Shown here piece after piece: positions 32,721-42,840 of a stretch of 64,000 bases of DNA. Numbering within the stretch: position 1 is the first letter of the stretch; the number at the start of each line of letters is the position of its first letter. The DNA lies in the NCBI GenBank assembly GCA_965178085.1, contig CBCXTS010000021.1, forward strand, positions 322,048 to 386,047. The letters run 5' to 3'. A program made the position numbers and the translations under genes. The notes under the pieces are model-generated. The model was not told the origin of the DNA and ran no database searches. It saw only the letters and a program-made list of their open reading frames with translations. Origin of the DNA: Alphaproteobacteria bacterium. GTDB taxonomy: Bacteria > Pseudomonadota > Alphaproteobacteria > CBCXTS01.

Positions 32721-33474
32721 TATCACTGTTATTTTTATAGAATGCCGCAATATAGTTAACCGCTAGATCGTGCTCACTAGTGCGCCATTGATCCGTGAAA
32801 GGGTTATATATCAAACCTTCCATTTTGCTTAAATGCATTCCTTGCGATCGTAATGCACTTACCATTTCATGCGGTTTTACAAATTTTTGCCAATCATGTG
32901 TCCCACGTGGTAACCATCTTAGGACATACTCTGCACCTACAATTGCTAATGCAAAAGACTTCAATGTTCGATTTAATGTCGCTGCTATTAATAACCCGCA
33001 AGGTTTGACTAGTTTTGCACTTGTACATAAAAATTGATTGACGTTGGGTACATGTTCAACAATCTCAAGGTTCAATACAACATCAAACTGCTTATTTTCA
33101 TGAATAAGGTCTTCTATCAAACATTTTCTATAGTTTAAACTAAGCTCTGATTCACGCATGTGCGATTGTGCAACACGTATCGTTGTTTCACTGGCATCAA
33201 TACCTAGCACTTCTGCGCCTAAGCGCGCCATTGGCTCTGATATTAAGCCTCCCCCGCAACCTACATCAAGTAACGTAAGACCTTTTAAAGGTTTTACGTT
33301 GCTTGCTTGCAAGCCAAAATGCTTAATCATAGCTTCACGCATAAATTTAATCCTAATTGGGTTGAATTGATGCAGTGGCTTAAATTTACCATTAATGTCC
33401 CACCATTCCAAAGCCATTGAATCAAACTTTGCTATTTCTTCTTCAAGCAACATTGGATTTTCTATTTTCTTCAA
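32710..33474 (-). CDS. ubiG: Ubiquinone biosynthesis O-methyltransferase
   Basis: SAM-binding motif (LDVGCGGGLISEPMARLGAEVLGIDAS) in a typical UbiG of about 250 aa. Its stop codon lies in the last repeat unit. Confidence 0.85.
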   Translation of the reverse strand: MKKIENPMLLEEEIAKFDSMALEWWDINGKFKPLHQFNPIRIKFMREAMIKHFGLQASNVKPLKGLTLLDVGCGGGLISEPMARLGAEVLGIDASETTIRVAQSHMRESELSLNYRKCLIEDLIHENKQFDVVLNLEIVEHVPNVNQFLCTSAKLVKPCGLLIAATLNRTLKSFALAIVGAEYVLRWLPRGTHDWQKFVKPHEMVSALRSQGMHLSKMEGLIYNPFTDQWRTSEHDLAVNYIAAFYKNNSDTLG

Positions 33475-33610
33475 ACCTTACTCCGTCGTTATGTTTAATT
33501 TTCCAACAGCATAAAATAGACTTTATATACGTTATCATATTTATGTATTTTGCCATATTTTATAATTTAAGATATAGTCTTATTTCCATTTAAAAAAACA
33601 TACAATAATA

Positions 33611-34612
33611 ATGAAGAAAACAAACAATCACAATATATCGACGCTTGTAAAGCAAATCTGTAGCGGTTCAAGGAATGCACTCGCGCGCGCCATCACACTT
33701 GTCGAATCAACTAAAGCTGAGCATCAATGTGATGCGATAGAGTTAATGAAGCTTGCAAATGCACATGTCAAACAAGATGACATCACACGTATTGCTTTAA
33801 CTGGCCCTCCTGGGGCTGGTAAATCAACCCTCATCGAAACCATCGGTTTGCACTTAATAAAAAAAGGAAAGCGTATTGCAGTATTAGCTTTTGATCCATC
33901 TTCCACGCGCGACGGTGGCGCAATTTTAGGTGATAAAACACGCATGGAAGACTTAGCTAAACACACAGATGCATTTATCCGTCCCAGTGCAAGCGCACAT
34001 GCTAATGGCGGCGTTAATCATAACACCAATGACATCGCCACATTATGTGCATGTGCTAAATACGATACTATTTTCATTGAAACTGTTGGAGTTGGACAAA
34101 GTGAAACAAGTATTTCTAACCTCTGCGACATCATGGTACTTGTTGCCTCTCCCACTGGAGGCGATAGCCTGCAAGGTATTAAACGCGGCATCACTGAGTT
34201 AGTTGATATGATATGGGTTAATAAAAGTGACGGAATATTGCAAAAAGCTGCCAACATTCAAATGGCAGAGCTAAAACATTCACTACAATTAATGCAAGCA
34301 CGTGCTAAAGATTGGAAAGTGCCTGTTATCACTCTATCTGCTTTACAAAACACAGGCATTGAAGACGCCTGCATTTTAATTGATACCTTTAAAGCCCACC
34401 AACTAAAAACACAAGATTGGCATCATAGACACCACAAACAAAATCGCATCACATTAGTAGAGCGTGCAAGCTGGATGCTAACTCAAATGTTTAAAGAATC
34501 TATTCATGAGACAAAAGATTTACACGATACAGTTGAAGAGCTTGCAAAATCCAATAACAGCTCTACCGAGGATTCTGCAAAACTTATCAAGGCTTTTCTA
34601 GACCATCATTGA
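33611..34612 (+). CDS. meaB: Methylmalonyl-CoA mutase-associated G-protein MeaB/ArgK (LAO/AO transport ATPase family)
   Basis: P-loop (GPPGAGKSTLIE), switch regions and a C-terminal dimerisation helix. Confidence 0.85.
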   Translation: MKKTNNHNISTLVKQICSGSRNALARAITLVESTKAEHQCDAIELMKLANAHVKQDDITRIALTGPPGAGKSTLIETIGLHLIKKGKRIAVLAFDPSSTRDGGAILGDKTRMEDLAKHTDAFIRPSASAHANGGVNHNTNDIATLCACAKYDTIFIETVGVGQSETSISNLCDIMVLVASPTGGDSLQGIKRGITELVDMIWVNKSDGILQKAANIQMAELKHSLQLMQARAKDWKVPVITLSALQNTGIEDACILIDTFKAHQLKTQDWHHRHHKQNRITLVERASWMLTQMFKESIHETKDLHDTVEELAKSNNSSTEDSAKLIKAFLDHH

Positions 34613-35183
34613 TCATCTCTTTTAGCAAGCTAGCAATAATATCTAATGTTATCAGATATCCAGCACTTACAAAATTTATACAAGCGATCAAGGTTGTTAC
34701 GTCCAGTAAACGATCCAACAAAAGCTGAATACGTTATGGCTTTAACATTCGTGTTCAAATTATTCTAAAAATTGGCTATACACAGCTTTGGATTGAGCAC
34801 TGGAAAACTCAAGCAGAAACAGTACTTTCTTTTGTCTATCAAGAGGATATATTTTGATTTTAACTCCATCAACAAAATAATATAATATATGTAGGGGAGA
34901 TGATTTATTGGCATTGGCTGATATCTCGCTTGAGCGCATGCTACTTAGCACATATTGTTGAACATAGCTCGCTTGAGCTTGAGTTGCTTAATGAAGCTTA
35001 GCGAGTTTTAAATGGCACTGGTTGATTAATTGCTCTCGACGATTAATTGTTATTGTACCTGCGCATACTTGTTAATGGGTTAGCAAGTATTTTTAAGTCA
35101 CTGTTTCCAGTGGTCAAACAATAAAAATTCAATCACAAATGCAAACTAAATAACAAGCCTTAATAAGCTGTCTTAAAGTTTTA

Positions 35184-36407
35184 TTATCTCTTTATTTTGA
35201 GTGAGTTAGCAGTTTCATTCGCTACCCAACTTAAAAAACAGCGTGTTGACATTTCCATTGCTGGGGTTAATGTTCCACCATTTAAATACATGCCGCGGCG
35301 GCCTTTTTGCATGCTTTCAACAGGGCCTATATCTTCAGAGAATACGCTCCTCCATAATTCTTTATTAGCCCGCCTAAGCTCTCCCATATGATCTTCACAT
35401 ATTGATGGGTCAAAATAAAAAATCTCTACACGCTCTCGAACCTTATCAACACCTAAAGGCTCAAGCCATATAACATAAAAATGATCGCGGTGTATCCCTA
35501 AAAGCACATTGGGATAGAGCGCTATATACTCACCGCGTTTTTTCCACCTTGCTGGCAAACTTGCAGCATCAGCAAAAGCAAGTCCATTCGATAACAAGTT
35601 AGGATTATAAACTGTTGTACCTTGTCCAGAATAAAGATTTTTTGATAAAATATCATAATGGTCTTCAAGCTTAGAATACTCATTTAAGCTTGGATGTACC
35701 ATTGGCAGATGGTAGCTTTCACAATAATTTTCTACTGCCAGTTTCCAATTACAATTAAGTTCAAACAAAATTGTTGAATCTTCACCGCAATGGTATAATT
35801 TTTTATCTCCAAATACTTCCCATCGTTTGATTAAATCTGAATAGTGATCGGCAAAATCAGTAGCAGTACCTGATAGATTAACAAAAATCATACCCATCCA
35901 TTCATAATGTCTGATGGATGTAAGTTGTACATTTTCTAAATCAAAGCGTAAATCATGATTGCAATTTGCACCTCCTATATGGGGTGTTTTACGTAACTTT
36001 CCTTGTAAATCATAGCACCATGCATGATAAGGACATGTTAATAAATTGCTTTTTAAGCGTCTTGGTTCTTCTACAAGTATAGCTCCACGATGTTTGCATA
36101 TATTTTCAAAAACTTGCAGTTTACCTTCTAAGTCACGCACAAGCACAATAGGCCTGTCAAATAGTACAACTGGCTTAACTGTTCCTTTGTCAGAAATTTC
36201 ATGCGAAAAAGCTGCAATGGTCCATTTTTTTTCAAAAAGGGCATCTTGTTCAAGCTTGTACCATTCATCATCAATATAGCAAGTATCAAAAAGACCTGGC
36301 GATGGTTTTTCACGATCGTTTAACAAACGTACTAAATTTGCTAATGCAGCACGATCATCTGAGCACGCATGATTAGTTTTACCTGTAGCATTAAAACGAG
36401 TTAACAT
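35184..36407 (-). CDS. Rieske non-heme iron oxygenase alpha subunit (GbcA/CntA-like)
   Basis: Rieske motif CKHRG...CPYHAWCYD and a mononuclear iron motif ENYCESYHLPMVHP in a 407-aa protein. Confidence 0.8.
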   Translation of the reverse strand: MLTRFNATGKTNHACSDDRAALANLVRLLNDREKPSPGLFDTCYIDDEWYKLEQDALFEKKWTIAAFSHEISDKGTVKPVVLFDRPIVLVRDLEGKLQVFENICKHRGAILVEEPRRLKSNLLTCPYHAWCYDLQGKLRKTPHIGGANCNHDLRFDLENVQLTSIRHYEWMGMIFVNLSGTATDFADHYSDLIKRWEVFGDKKLYHCGEDSTILFELNCNWKLAVENYCESYHLPMVHPSLNEYSKLEDHYDILSKNLYSGQGTTVYNPNLLSNGLAFADAASLPARWKKRGEYIALYPNVLLGIHRDHFYVIWLEPLGVDKVRERVEIFYFDPSICEDHMGELRRANKELWRSVFSEDIGPVESMQKGRRGMYLNGGTLTPAMEMSTRCFLSWVANETANSLKIKR

Positions 36408-36533
36408 TGTCTCCCCCTAACCGGCAATAATATAAAACTACCCTAATAGTATAAAACTATTCGTACACAAGCTTTATTTCACGTCAATTGTTTTTTGATC
36501 TTAGGCACTTTTAAAATCAACATCACTAGAGCG

Positions 36534-39440
36534 TTAAGACGCTCTAAAAGGATTTCCTATGATAACACGTAAATAACCTTTTTTATTACTAACACTACGA
36601 AGTTTTAGTTGTAAGTACACAGGATGGCGTTTCTTATCATCAGACCAAAAGCTTGAATATGTTGCCATTTGTACTTCCGGCAATAAAGCTTGAAACAACG
36701 GAATTCCTTCTGTTTCTTGGCGATTAACAAAACTTTTCTGTTGATCTGGAAGTGCTGCACTGATTTTACTTAATGTTCTATCAAAAGCAAACCGCGCTTG
36801 CTCTGGATTATCAAGTAAATAACTGTCTATTTGTAAAGCAACTAACTTGCTATCTATCGTTTTATCAAACTGTAAAATGACATTAACAGGAGACATTTCA
36901 AGCCATTTATTAGCATTTAATTTGCACGCAACAAATTCATTTGCCAATTCTTGACACTTTCCAAGCTTTGATTTTAAGCTATCATATGTATCACGCCAAC
37001 TTAGTCCAAGCATTAAATGATGATAATCACTTTCATATGCAGATAAAACTAATATTTCCTGCATTTCAAGATTGCCAGAAAGCGATGCAAAATATGCTGC
37101 GTTCTGTCCTTGCTTATTTTTAGTTCTAGGATCAGCACCTGCTGCTAAAAGCGTACGTATTTCACTCGTTCTATTAAGAGCTGCTGCGCGCATTAGAGGT
37201 GTATAATCATCATATACCGAGTCTGGATTACTGCCATTTTGTAGTAAATGCTCTAAAAGTCCTCTATATCGCTGATCATTTGCATGATCAATACTAAAAT
37301 GAAGTGCCCTTATTGATGGTTGTAGCCCTGCAGCAACTAAAGCATTTGTCATGTCCCATTGATTTTCAAGAGCAACAAAATCTACTAAATTAAGTCTATT
37401 ATTTCCAAAACTATCCGGTCTATCTAATTGTATATGATCAAGAATTACTCCTTCTGGTCTTTCTTCAATCAATTCACGCAATTTTGTTACGTTGCCATTT
37501 CTTACTGCACGCTCAACTGCACCAGCAAAATCAGCTAGTAATGCACTCCCAGCTCCCGATGGGATTATGCCGGCAAGCTTTTGTCCTGCTTCTAATTTTT
37601 GTATTCGCTTTGGAGAATAGTTATTTGCATATTGATTGTTTATTTCAGATTCAGGGCCAAGTTCAAGGCTTGATTCTGTTCGCGTTATTAAAATTCTATC
37701 TAACTGTGCTTGAATTTTTGGCAACCCATCAGCTACATCCAGAGGTCCCGTTGCACAACCAGGCGATGGGTCTAGCGATGCTCCATAATTTGCTAAAACT
37801 TCAACTACTTCTCTTTGTTCATAGGCAATTGCTGCAGCAATTGGTGTCCAGCAACCTTGTGCTCCACCAGGTACTTCACTAGGAGCGCCTAATTTTAAAA
37901 GACGCTCTAATGCCTTCATCTGCCCTTCAATAGCAAGACGATGCATAATAGAGCGACCATCTCCACTATCAATAGACACATCAGCGCCGCCTTTGATTAA
38001 AAAACTTAACGTGGTTAAGTCTCCTAAATTTGCTGCAATCAGTAACGCTGGTTTTCCATATTTATCTCTTACATTGGGATCAGTTCCTGTCTCAAGTAAA
38101 CCTTTTACTTCAAGAGAGTTTCTAGCTCGTACCGCTTTAATTAAATCTGATTCCGGTAACATTTTACGCGCATCCCGCTCAAGGGAAAACACAACCCTTG
38201 TAGCCACATCTGGATTTGCTACAGTAATGGCCATTCCTGCTGCAATCACACCAACAATCAATCCGCTTGCAAGCGCTGTTCGATTACCTCTAACCTTAGC
38301 AGCACGGCGCTGTCTGGAACGCTGCACTCTTGAATTTGCTGGCAACGGTGCACGCGTACCATTGCGTATAAAAGATTCCCTACTTCGTGACTTTATGTCT
38401 GAGTTTTCTGGGCTGCTACCAAGAGGGTAACCTATTGTTTCATCATTTTTAGATGATTGCCCTTCATACATCGCTCCGCTATCAATGAGTTGCATTTTAT
38501 CGCGCATATTTTGCTGCAAATTATTGCTATCTTGCTCTTGGGGTTGATTAACTTGAGGCTCATGATTGATGTTATTCTTAATAATATCCTTTGACTTTTG
38601 CTCTAAATCATCTTGCTCTTGTTCTGTTAGGACGTTTTCTTTAAGTGAATGATTATCTAACTGCGTGTATTTTTTAATAGTCGCATTGGTATCGAAGTCA
38701 CTATTTAAAGTGTCAGAATCTTCTTGAGACAGTTTGTTTTCTGTCTTTTGTGCATTCTCAACAAGGTTAGAAAGCAATAGCGGCTCAACAGTAGATTGAT
38801 ATGATGGAACAAGGGGGGGGAGGTCAACACGTGTTTTATCTACCAAATCTATATGTACAGCTTGAGTATGATGATTTAGCGTGTTTCTGTACTCATCGTG
38901 CTCTGTAGCTTGTTCTAGATAAACTTCATGCTCTAAAGCTTCTGGTCTATAGCCTTTTCCAGTTAAACTTCTACGCTTGACATAACCGCGATAATCTAGT
39001 TGATCTGTAAATAACTCTTTATCACTCCATAACGACGGTTGGTTTAAGTTTTGATCGTTATTTAGTAATGATAATTGTGGATCAGATCGTACTTCATTGC
39101 TGCTTAGTAGATTTTGTTGCCCGTCTTGAAGAGAACTATCTTTTAAAATTGCAGATGAATTCTGATTGCCAAATGTGCTGATGTTGTTATTATCACTTTG
39201 CAATAAAACCTGTTGGGTCTTGACACCAGTAATACGCGATCTACTTTCTTCAATCAATCGTAACACATCATGCGTATTATCTTGTGTATTAAATGCAATA
39301 TAGCGCTGTGCATTAGCGCTATCATCAAAGCGAATTAAATTAACCCACTGACCAGCCTTGCGTCCTTGCACCAGATATGAGATATTTGCTGTAAAATGAC
39401 GAAACCCTTGTCCGTAACGTTTCAGCGCTTTTTTTACCAT
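36534..39440 (-). CDS. Large ankyrin-repeat protein with a central TM helix
   Basis: 968 aa. The N-terminal 370 aa are polar and low-complexity. A hydrophobic segment (ALASGLIVGVIAAGMAITVANP) is preceded by a basic cluster (RSRQRRAAKVRGNR). At least six ankyrin repeats follow (for example ALLIAANLGDLTTLSFLIKGGADVS and TPLMRAAALNRTSEIRTLLAAGADPRTKNKQGQNAAYFAS). The C-terminus is basic. Confidence 0.75.
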   Translation of the reverse strand: MVKKALKRYGQGFRHFTANISYLVQGRKAGQWVNLIRFDDSANAQRYIAFNTQDNTHDVLRLIEESRSRITGVKTQQVLLQSDNNNISTFGNQNSSAILKDSSLQDGQQNLLSSNEVRSDPQLSLLNNDQNLNQPSLWSDKELFTDQLDYRGYVKRRSLTGKGYRPEALEHEVYLEQATEHDEYRNTLNHHTQAVHIDLVDKTRVDLPPLVPSYQSTVEPLLLSNLVENAQKTENKLSQEDSDTLNSDFDTNATIKKYTQLDNHSLKENVLTEQEQDDLEQKSKDIIKNNINHEPQVNQPQEQDSNNLQQNMRDKMQLIDSGAMYEGQSSKNDETIGYPLGSSPENSDIKSRSRESFIRNGTRAPLPANSRVQRSRQRRAAKVRGNRTALASGLIVGVIAAGMAITVANPDVATRVVFSLERDARKMLPESDLIKAVRARNSLEVKGLLETGTDPNVRDKYGKPALLIAANLGDLTTLSFLIKGGADVSIDSGDGRSIMHRLAIEGQMKALERLLKLGAPSEVPGGAQGCWTPIAAAIAYEQREVVEVLANYGASLDPSPGCATGPLDVADGLPKIQAQLDRILITRTESSLELGPESEINNQYANNYSPKRIQKLEAGQKLAGIIPSGAGSALLADFAGAVERAVRNGNVTKLRELIEERPEGVILDHIQLDRPDSFGNNRLNLVDFVALENQWDMTNALVAAGLQPSIRALHFSIDHANDQRYRGLLEHLLQNGSNPDSVYDDYTPLMRAAALNRTSEIRTLLAAGADPRTKNKQGQNAAYFASLSGNLEMQEILVLSAYESDYHHLMLGLSWRDTYDSLKSKLGKCQELANEFVACKLNANKWLEMSPVNVILQFDKTIDSKLVALQIDSYLLDNPEQARFAFDRTLSKISAALPDQQKSFVNRQETEGIPLFQALLPEVQMATYSSFWSDDKKRHPVYLQLKLRSVSNKKGYLRVIIGNPFRAS

Positions 39441-39685
39441 GGATTAACCAACATGAATGCATTCGAAATTGTATACGAAAACTTTATATTCAAAAAGATA
39501 CAATTTCAGCCCAACTGAATGATCGTAATATCCAGTATTTAAATAACCAGAAAATATGATCTATTTTGCAGGCAAACTACGTTTCTATATATAAAGAAAT
39601 AAGCAAATGATGTGCCAATCAAATCGCAATAAATTTTAGAACAATACGGTTCATAAAATTTATCAAATTTACTATTAAAAGCAGT

Positions 39686-40051
39686 TTATATTTTTGAAGA
39701 AAAACCTATCACAATAATACCCCCTACAATCAGCAAAACACCTATCAAATACAATGTAGGATAACGCTGCGCAAACAAAAACCAATCAGCCAAAGGTACT
39801 AGAACAAATCCTAATGCCATAAAGCTATATCCTATTCCTAGGGGTACAGTTTGTAAAATATGAACCCACAGCAATGTAGCAATAGCATAAAGTACAATTG
39901 CTAATAAAAAAAAGGGCGTCAAAAAAAGCTTAACAATATTTTCAATAATATTTTGCTGACCCATTGATATAGCTGTATACTTGAATAGAATCTGCCCACA
40001 AGCCATCAAGAAAACAAAACCAATCAGCTTTAAAAATATCGTTATCGTCAT
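39686..40051 (-). CDS. Small four-TM EamA/SMR-like protein (ArnE/ArnF-like flippase subunit family)
   Basis: 121-aa ORF that is hydrophobic throughout, with four predicted helices and a Gly-rich last helix (IGVLLIVGGIIVIGF). Confidence 0.5.
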   Translation of the reverse strand: MTITIFLKLIGFVFLMACGQILFKYTAISMGQQNIIENIVKLFLTPFFLLAIVLYAIATLLWVHILQTVPLGIGYSFMALGFVLVPLADWFLFAQRYPTLYLIGVLLIVGGIIVIGFSSKI

Positions 40052-40348
40052 TATACAAATTCACCTATAAGTAGCTAATTAATGATATTAGAGACAGTTA
40101 CCATACTGTATATGATAGATGAACCCATCAAAATAAATTCAAGCCAGCTATGTTGTTTTATACATTATTGTTGAAATTTAAAATGCTAATATTGACAATT
40201 AATAAATCATAAAAGCTATTAAAACAACCCAAGCAAGCAATCAAACCAATCTTGACAAGAATGTCTATTTGAGTGTTATAAAGGCATTAAATTTTAAATT
40301 GACATGATAACAAAAGCAATGCAATGTTTGTTTTAAAATGATGACTAT

Positions 40349-40404
40349 CAGTTAAACTAGATTCCTTAAATTACTTCAGTTAAACTAGATTCCTTAAATT
40401 ACTT
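40349..40404. repeat. Perfect tandem duplication of a 28-bp unit (CAGTTAAACTAGATTCCTTAAATTACTT x2) immediately upstream of the PagL-like gene
   Basis: Read directly in the sequence. The duplication ends 16 nt before the ATG at 40421. Confidence 0.85.
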
Positions 40405-40420
40405 TAGTAAGTGCTATGCC

Positions 40421-40948
40421 ATGAAGCTTTTTCGATTTTATTATGTCTTTTTACTTGCTGCTATTAGCGTTTTTATTGCACCGGCATATGGTCAAACTGT
40501 ACAACAAAACCAAGACCCTAAAACTCTTCTAAGGGTTGCGGCGGGATCTTTTAATGAGTTTAAAAGTAAGCGCAATGGTGCTGTTACAGTTGATCTTACC
40601 TTGCCTTATAGCATCGATTTACCTTATGATTGGTGGTTTGTTCAACCTTTTGTAGGTGCAATGATTACATCAAAAAATGCTGCATACGGATATGCAGGAT
40701 TTAAGCTTGACTACCCTATGAATGAAAACATCTATCTTACCCCTTCATTTGCCCCGGGGCTATTTTCACATGGTGATGGCAAAGATTTGGGTTATTGGAT
40801 TGAGTTTAGAAGTGGCATGGAAGTTTCTTGGAAATTTGACAATAATAATAGACTTGGACTTGAAGTAGCACATATATCAAATGCTGGTTTATCCAATAAA
40901 AACCCGGGCGTTGAATTATTGACGTTAAGCTGGACATATCCTCTTTAA
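40421..40948 (+). CDS. Outer-membrane lipid A deacylase, PagL-like (acyloxyacyl hydrolase)
   Basis: Signal peptide, a beta-barrel of about 150 aa with aromatic girdles, and a C-terminal HxSNAG motif (VAHISNAGLS) as in the PagL His/Ser site. Confidence 0.6.
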   Translation: MKLFRFYYVFLLAAISVFIAPAYGQTVQQNQDPKTLLRVAAGSFNEFKSKRNGAVTVDLTLPYSIDLPYDWWFVQPFVGAMITSKNAAYGYAGFKLDYPMNENIYLTPSFAPGLFSHGDGKDLGYWIEFRSGMEVSWKFDNNNRLGLEVAHISNAGLSNKNPGVELLTLSWTYPL

Positions 40949-41296
40949 AAACTAACATGATAAATTGATCTATTGAGAGATTATCATTTTTAAAGCTCAA
41001 GGCAAATGAGTTATTTTGAACTTATTCTTTGGAATATATTATCTAAAAGTGATAGATAAATCCTCCCCTCACGACAATTCTTTCTAAAAGCACAGTAACT
41101 CTTTTTAAAAGATGTTTGCAAGAGGCAATCAAATGTACAAAAGATCATCGTTGCATAAACTTAGCCAACGCTCAAACATAAATCATACTCCATAGCAACT
41201 ACGACCGAGGACTAAGTCAGCAATTAGCTTTCATAGTTGTTAGAAAGTATATTGATCTTTATTTAAAAATAAAACTAGCTATAGAACAAGCTTAAA

Positions 41297-41620
41297 TTAG
41301 CTTGCAATAGCACTATTGCTTGTATCAAGCTTGCCTATAGCTGCACTTCTAGCTGCAATGCGCTTTTTAAGTTTGCGCGCTTGTAACGACAACGCACGGT
41401 CAGGTGTATTCATCAAATATGTATCCAACCCACCTCGAGCATCAATTGTACGCATTGTACTAATTGCTATCTTCAAAGATATAGATTGCTTAAGAATATC
41501 CGAGATAAGGCTCATTTTTTGAAGATTGGGTAAAAAACGACGTCGCGTCCTATTCACAGCATGTGAAACATTATTACCGCTCATGACACCTTTTCCAGTA
41601 ATATCACAACGTTTTGCCAT
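41297..41620 (-). CDS. rpmB: 50S ribosomal protein L28
   Basis: MAKRCDITGKGVMSGNNVSHAVNRTRRRFLPNLQ is the canonical L28 N-terminus. Confidence 0.9.
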   Translation of the reverse strand: MAKRCDITGKGVMSGNNVSHAVNRTRRRFLPNLQKMSLISDILKQSISLKIAISTMRTIDARGGLDTYLMNTPDRALSLQARKLKKRIAARSAAIGKLDTSNSAIAS

Positions 41621-41809
41621 TGATAGCTACTCCATTTAAAATCAAAATATTAGAGTGTCTTTTTATACATAAATTAGTTAAAATACAAGCTTCAATTTGT
41701 TTTGCCAACATATTTTATTTGAAACAATCACTACTATGCTACTACAAATACTAAAAATAGCTAAATCATCAACAAAAATCATATGAAACATCAATTTTAG
41801 ATACTACAA

Positions 41810-42637
41810 TCACTTCAAACTTAATCTTGCGTGACGATTGACATCTTTATACAAAAGATATTTGAACAGTTCAGGACCGCCAGCATAACAAGCTTGCGGG
41901 CAAAAAGCACGCAACCACATATAGTCGCCTGCTTCTACTTCAACCCAATCTTGATTCAACCTATAAACCCCTTTTCCTTGTAAAACATACAACCCATGTT
42001 CCATCACATGCGTTTCAGCAAATGGAATCACAGCTCCAGGGGCAAATGTCACAATATTAACATGCATATCATGGCGCATGTCATCAATATCTACAAATCG
42101 TGTTGTAGTCCATTGCCCCTTTTTACAATTAGGCATTTCAATAGGCTCTAAATCCTCCTCATTAGTAATAAAAGCTTGTGGTATATCAATACCTTCTTCT
42201 TGCTGATACAGTTTTCTAATCCAATGAAACACCGCTTTGCTCGTTGTATTATTTTTAATACTCCAATCGCATCCTGGGGGTATAAATGCATAACCACCTT
42301 TTTGCATTTCATATAAATGACCTTCTATCGTAACTTCGATAGAACCTTGAACCACAAACAGTACTGCTTCTGCCAGAGCATCGTTTTCAGGATCATTGCT
42401 GCCACCACCTGGACTTAACTCGACAATATATTGTGAAAATGTTTCTGCAAAACCGCTCAATGGCCTAGACAACACCCAAAAGCGCATCTTATCCCATTTA
42501 GGCAGAAAGCTTACGACAATATCGCGTAAAACACCTTTGGGTATAACTGCATAGGCTTGCGTAAAGACAGCGCGATCTGTCACCAGATCGCTTTGTTGTG
42601 GTAATCCGCCATTTGGTACATAATATTCGTCACCCAT
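41810..42637 (-). CDS. Bicupin, (S)-ureidoglycine aminohydrolase (AllE)-like
   Basis: Two cupin modules (LFVVQGSIEVTIEGHLYEMQKGGYAFIPPG, and VTFAPGAVIPFAETHVMEHGLYVLQGKGVYRLNQDWVEVEAGDYMW) and a C-terminal YLLYKDVNR. Confidence 0.65.
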   Translation of the reverse strand: MGDEYYVPNGGLPQQSDLVTDRAVFTQAYAVIPKGVLRDIVVSFLPKWDKMRFWVLSRPLSGFAETFSQYIVELSPGGGSNDPENDALAEAVLFVVQGSIEVTIEGHLYEMQKGGYAFIPPGCDWSIKNNTTSKAVFHWIRKLYQQEEGIDIPQAFITNEEDLEPIEMPNCKKGQWTTTRFVDIDDMRHDMHVNIVTFAPGAVIPFAETHVMEHGLYVLQGKGVYRLNQDWVEVEAGDYMWLRAFCPQACYAGGPELFKYLLYKDVNRHARLSLK

Positions 42638-42840
42638 GGAATACTCCTTCCTATGTTGACTATGTCAGCCAGATGCATAAAAACAATCTAAGTTAAAAAC
42701 CCTGCCATTAACAATAATAGAACAGCCATTGCTATAATAGTAAAAGTAATCAATTTAATAACTAGCGACCATGTTTGTAGTTTTTCTAATGGTGCATTTT
42801 TAAATTCAAGCTCATTATTGCTACTCATCAAACTATCCTT

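Noticed and set aside
34760-34951. A 63-aa ORF in the meaB/Rieske intergenic region
   Set aside because: It has no RBS or motif and biased composition. It is mentioned only under the long-intergenic finding.
36534-39440. Is the ankyrin protein a Bartonella Bep-type effector?
   Set aside because: No FIC motif (HPFx[DE]GNGR) and no recognisable BID domain are present. It is kept only as a generic ankyrin-repeat candidate.
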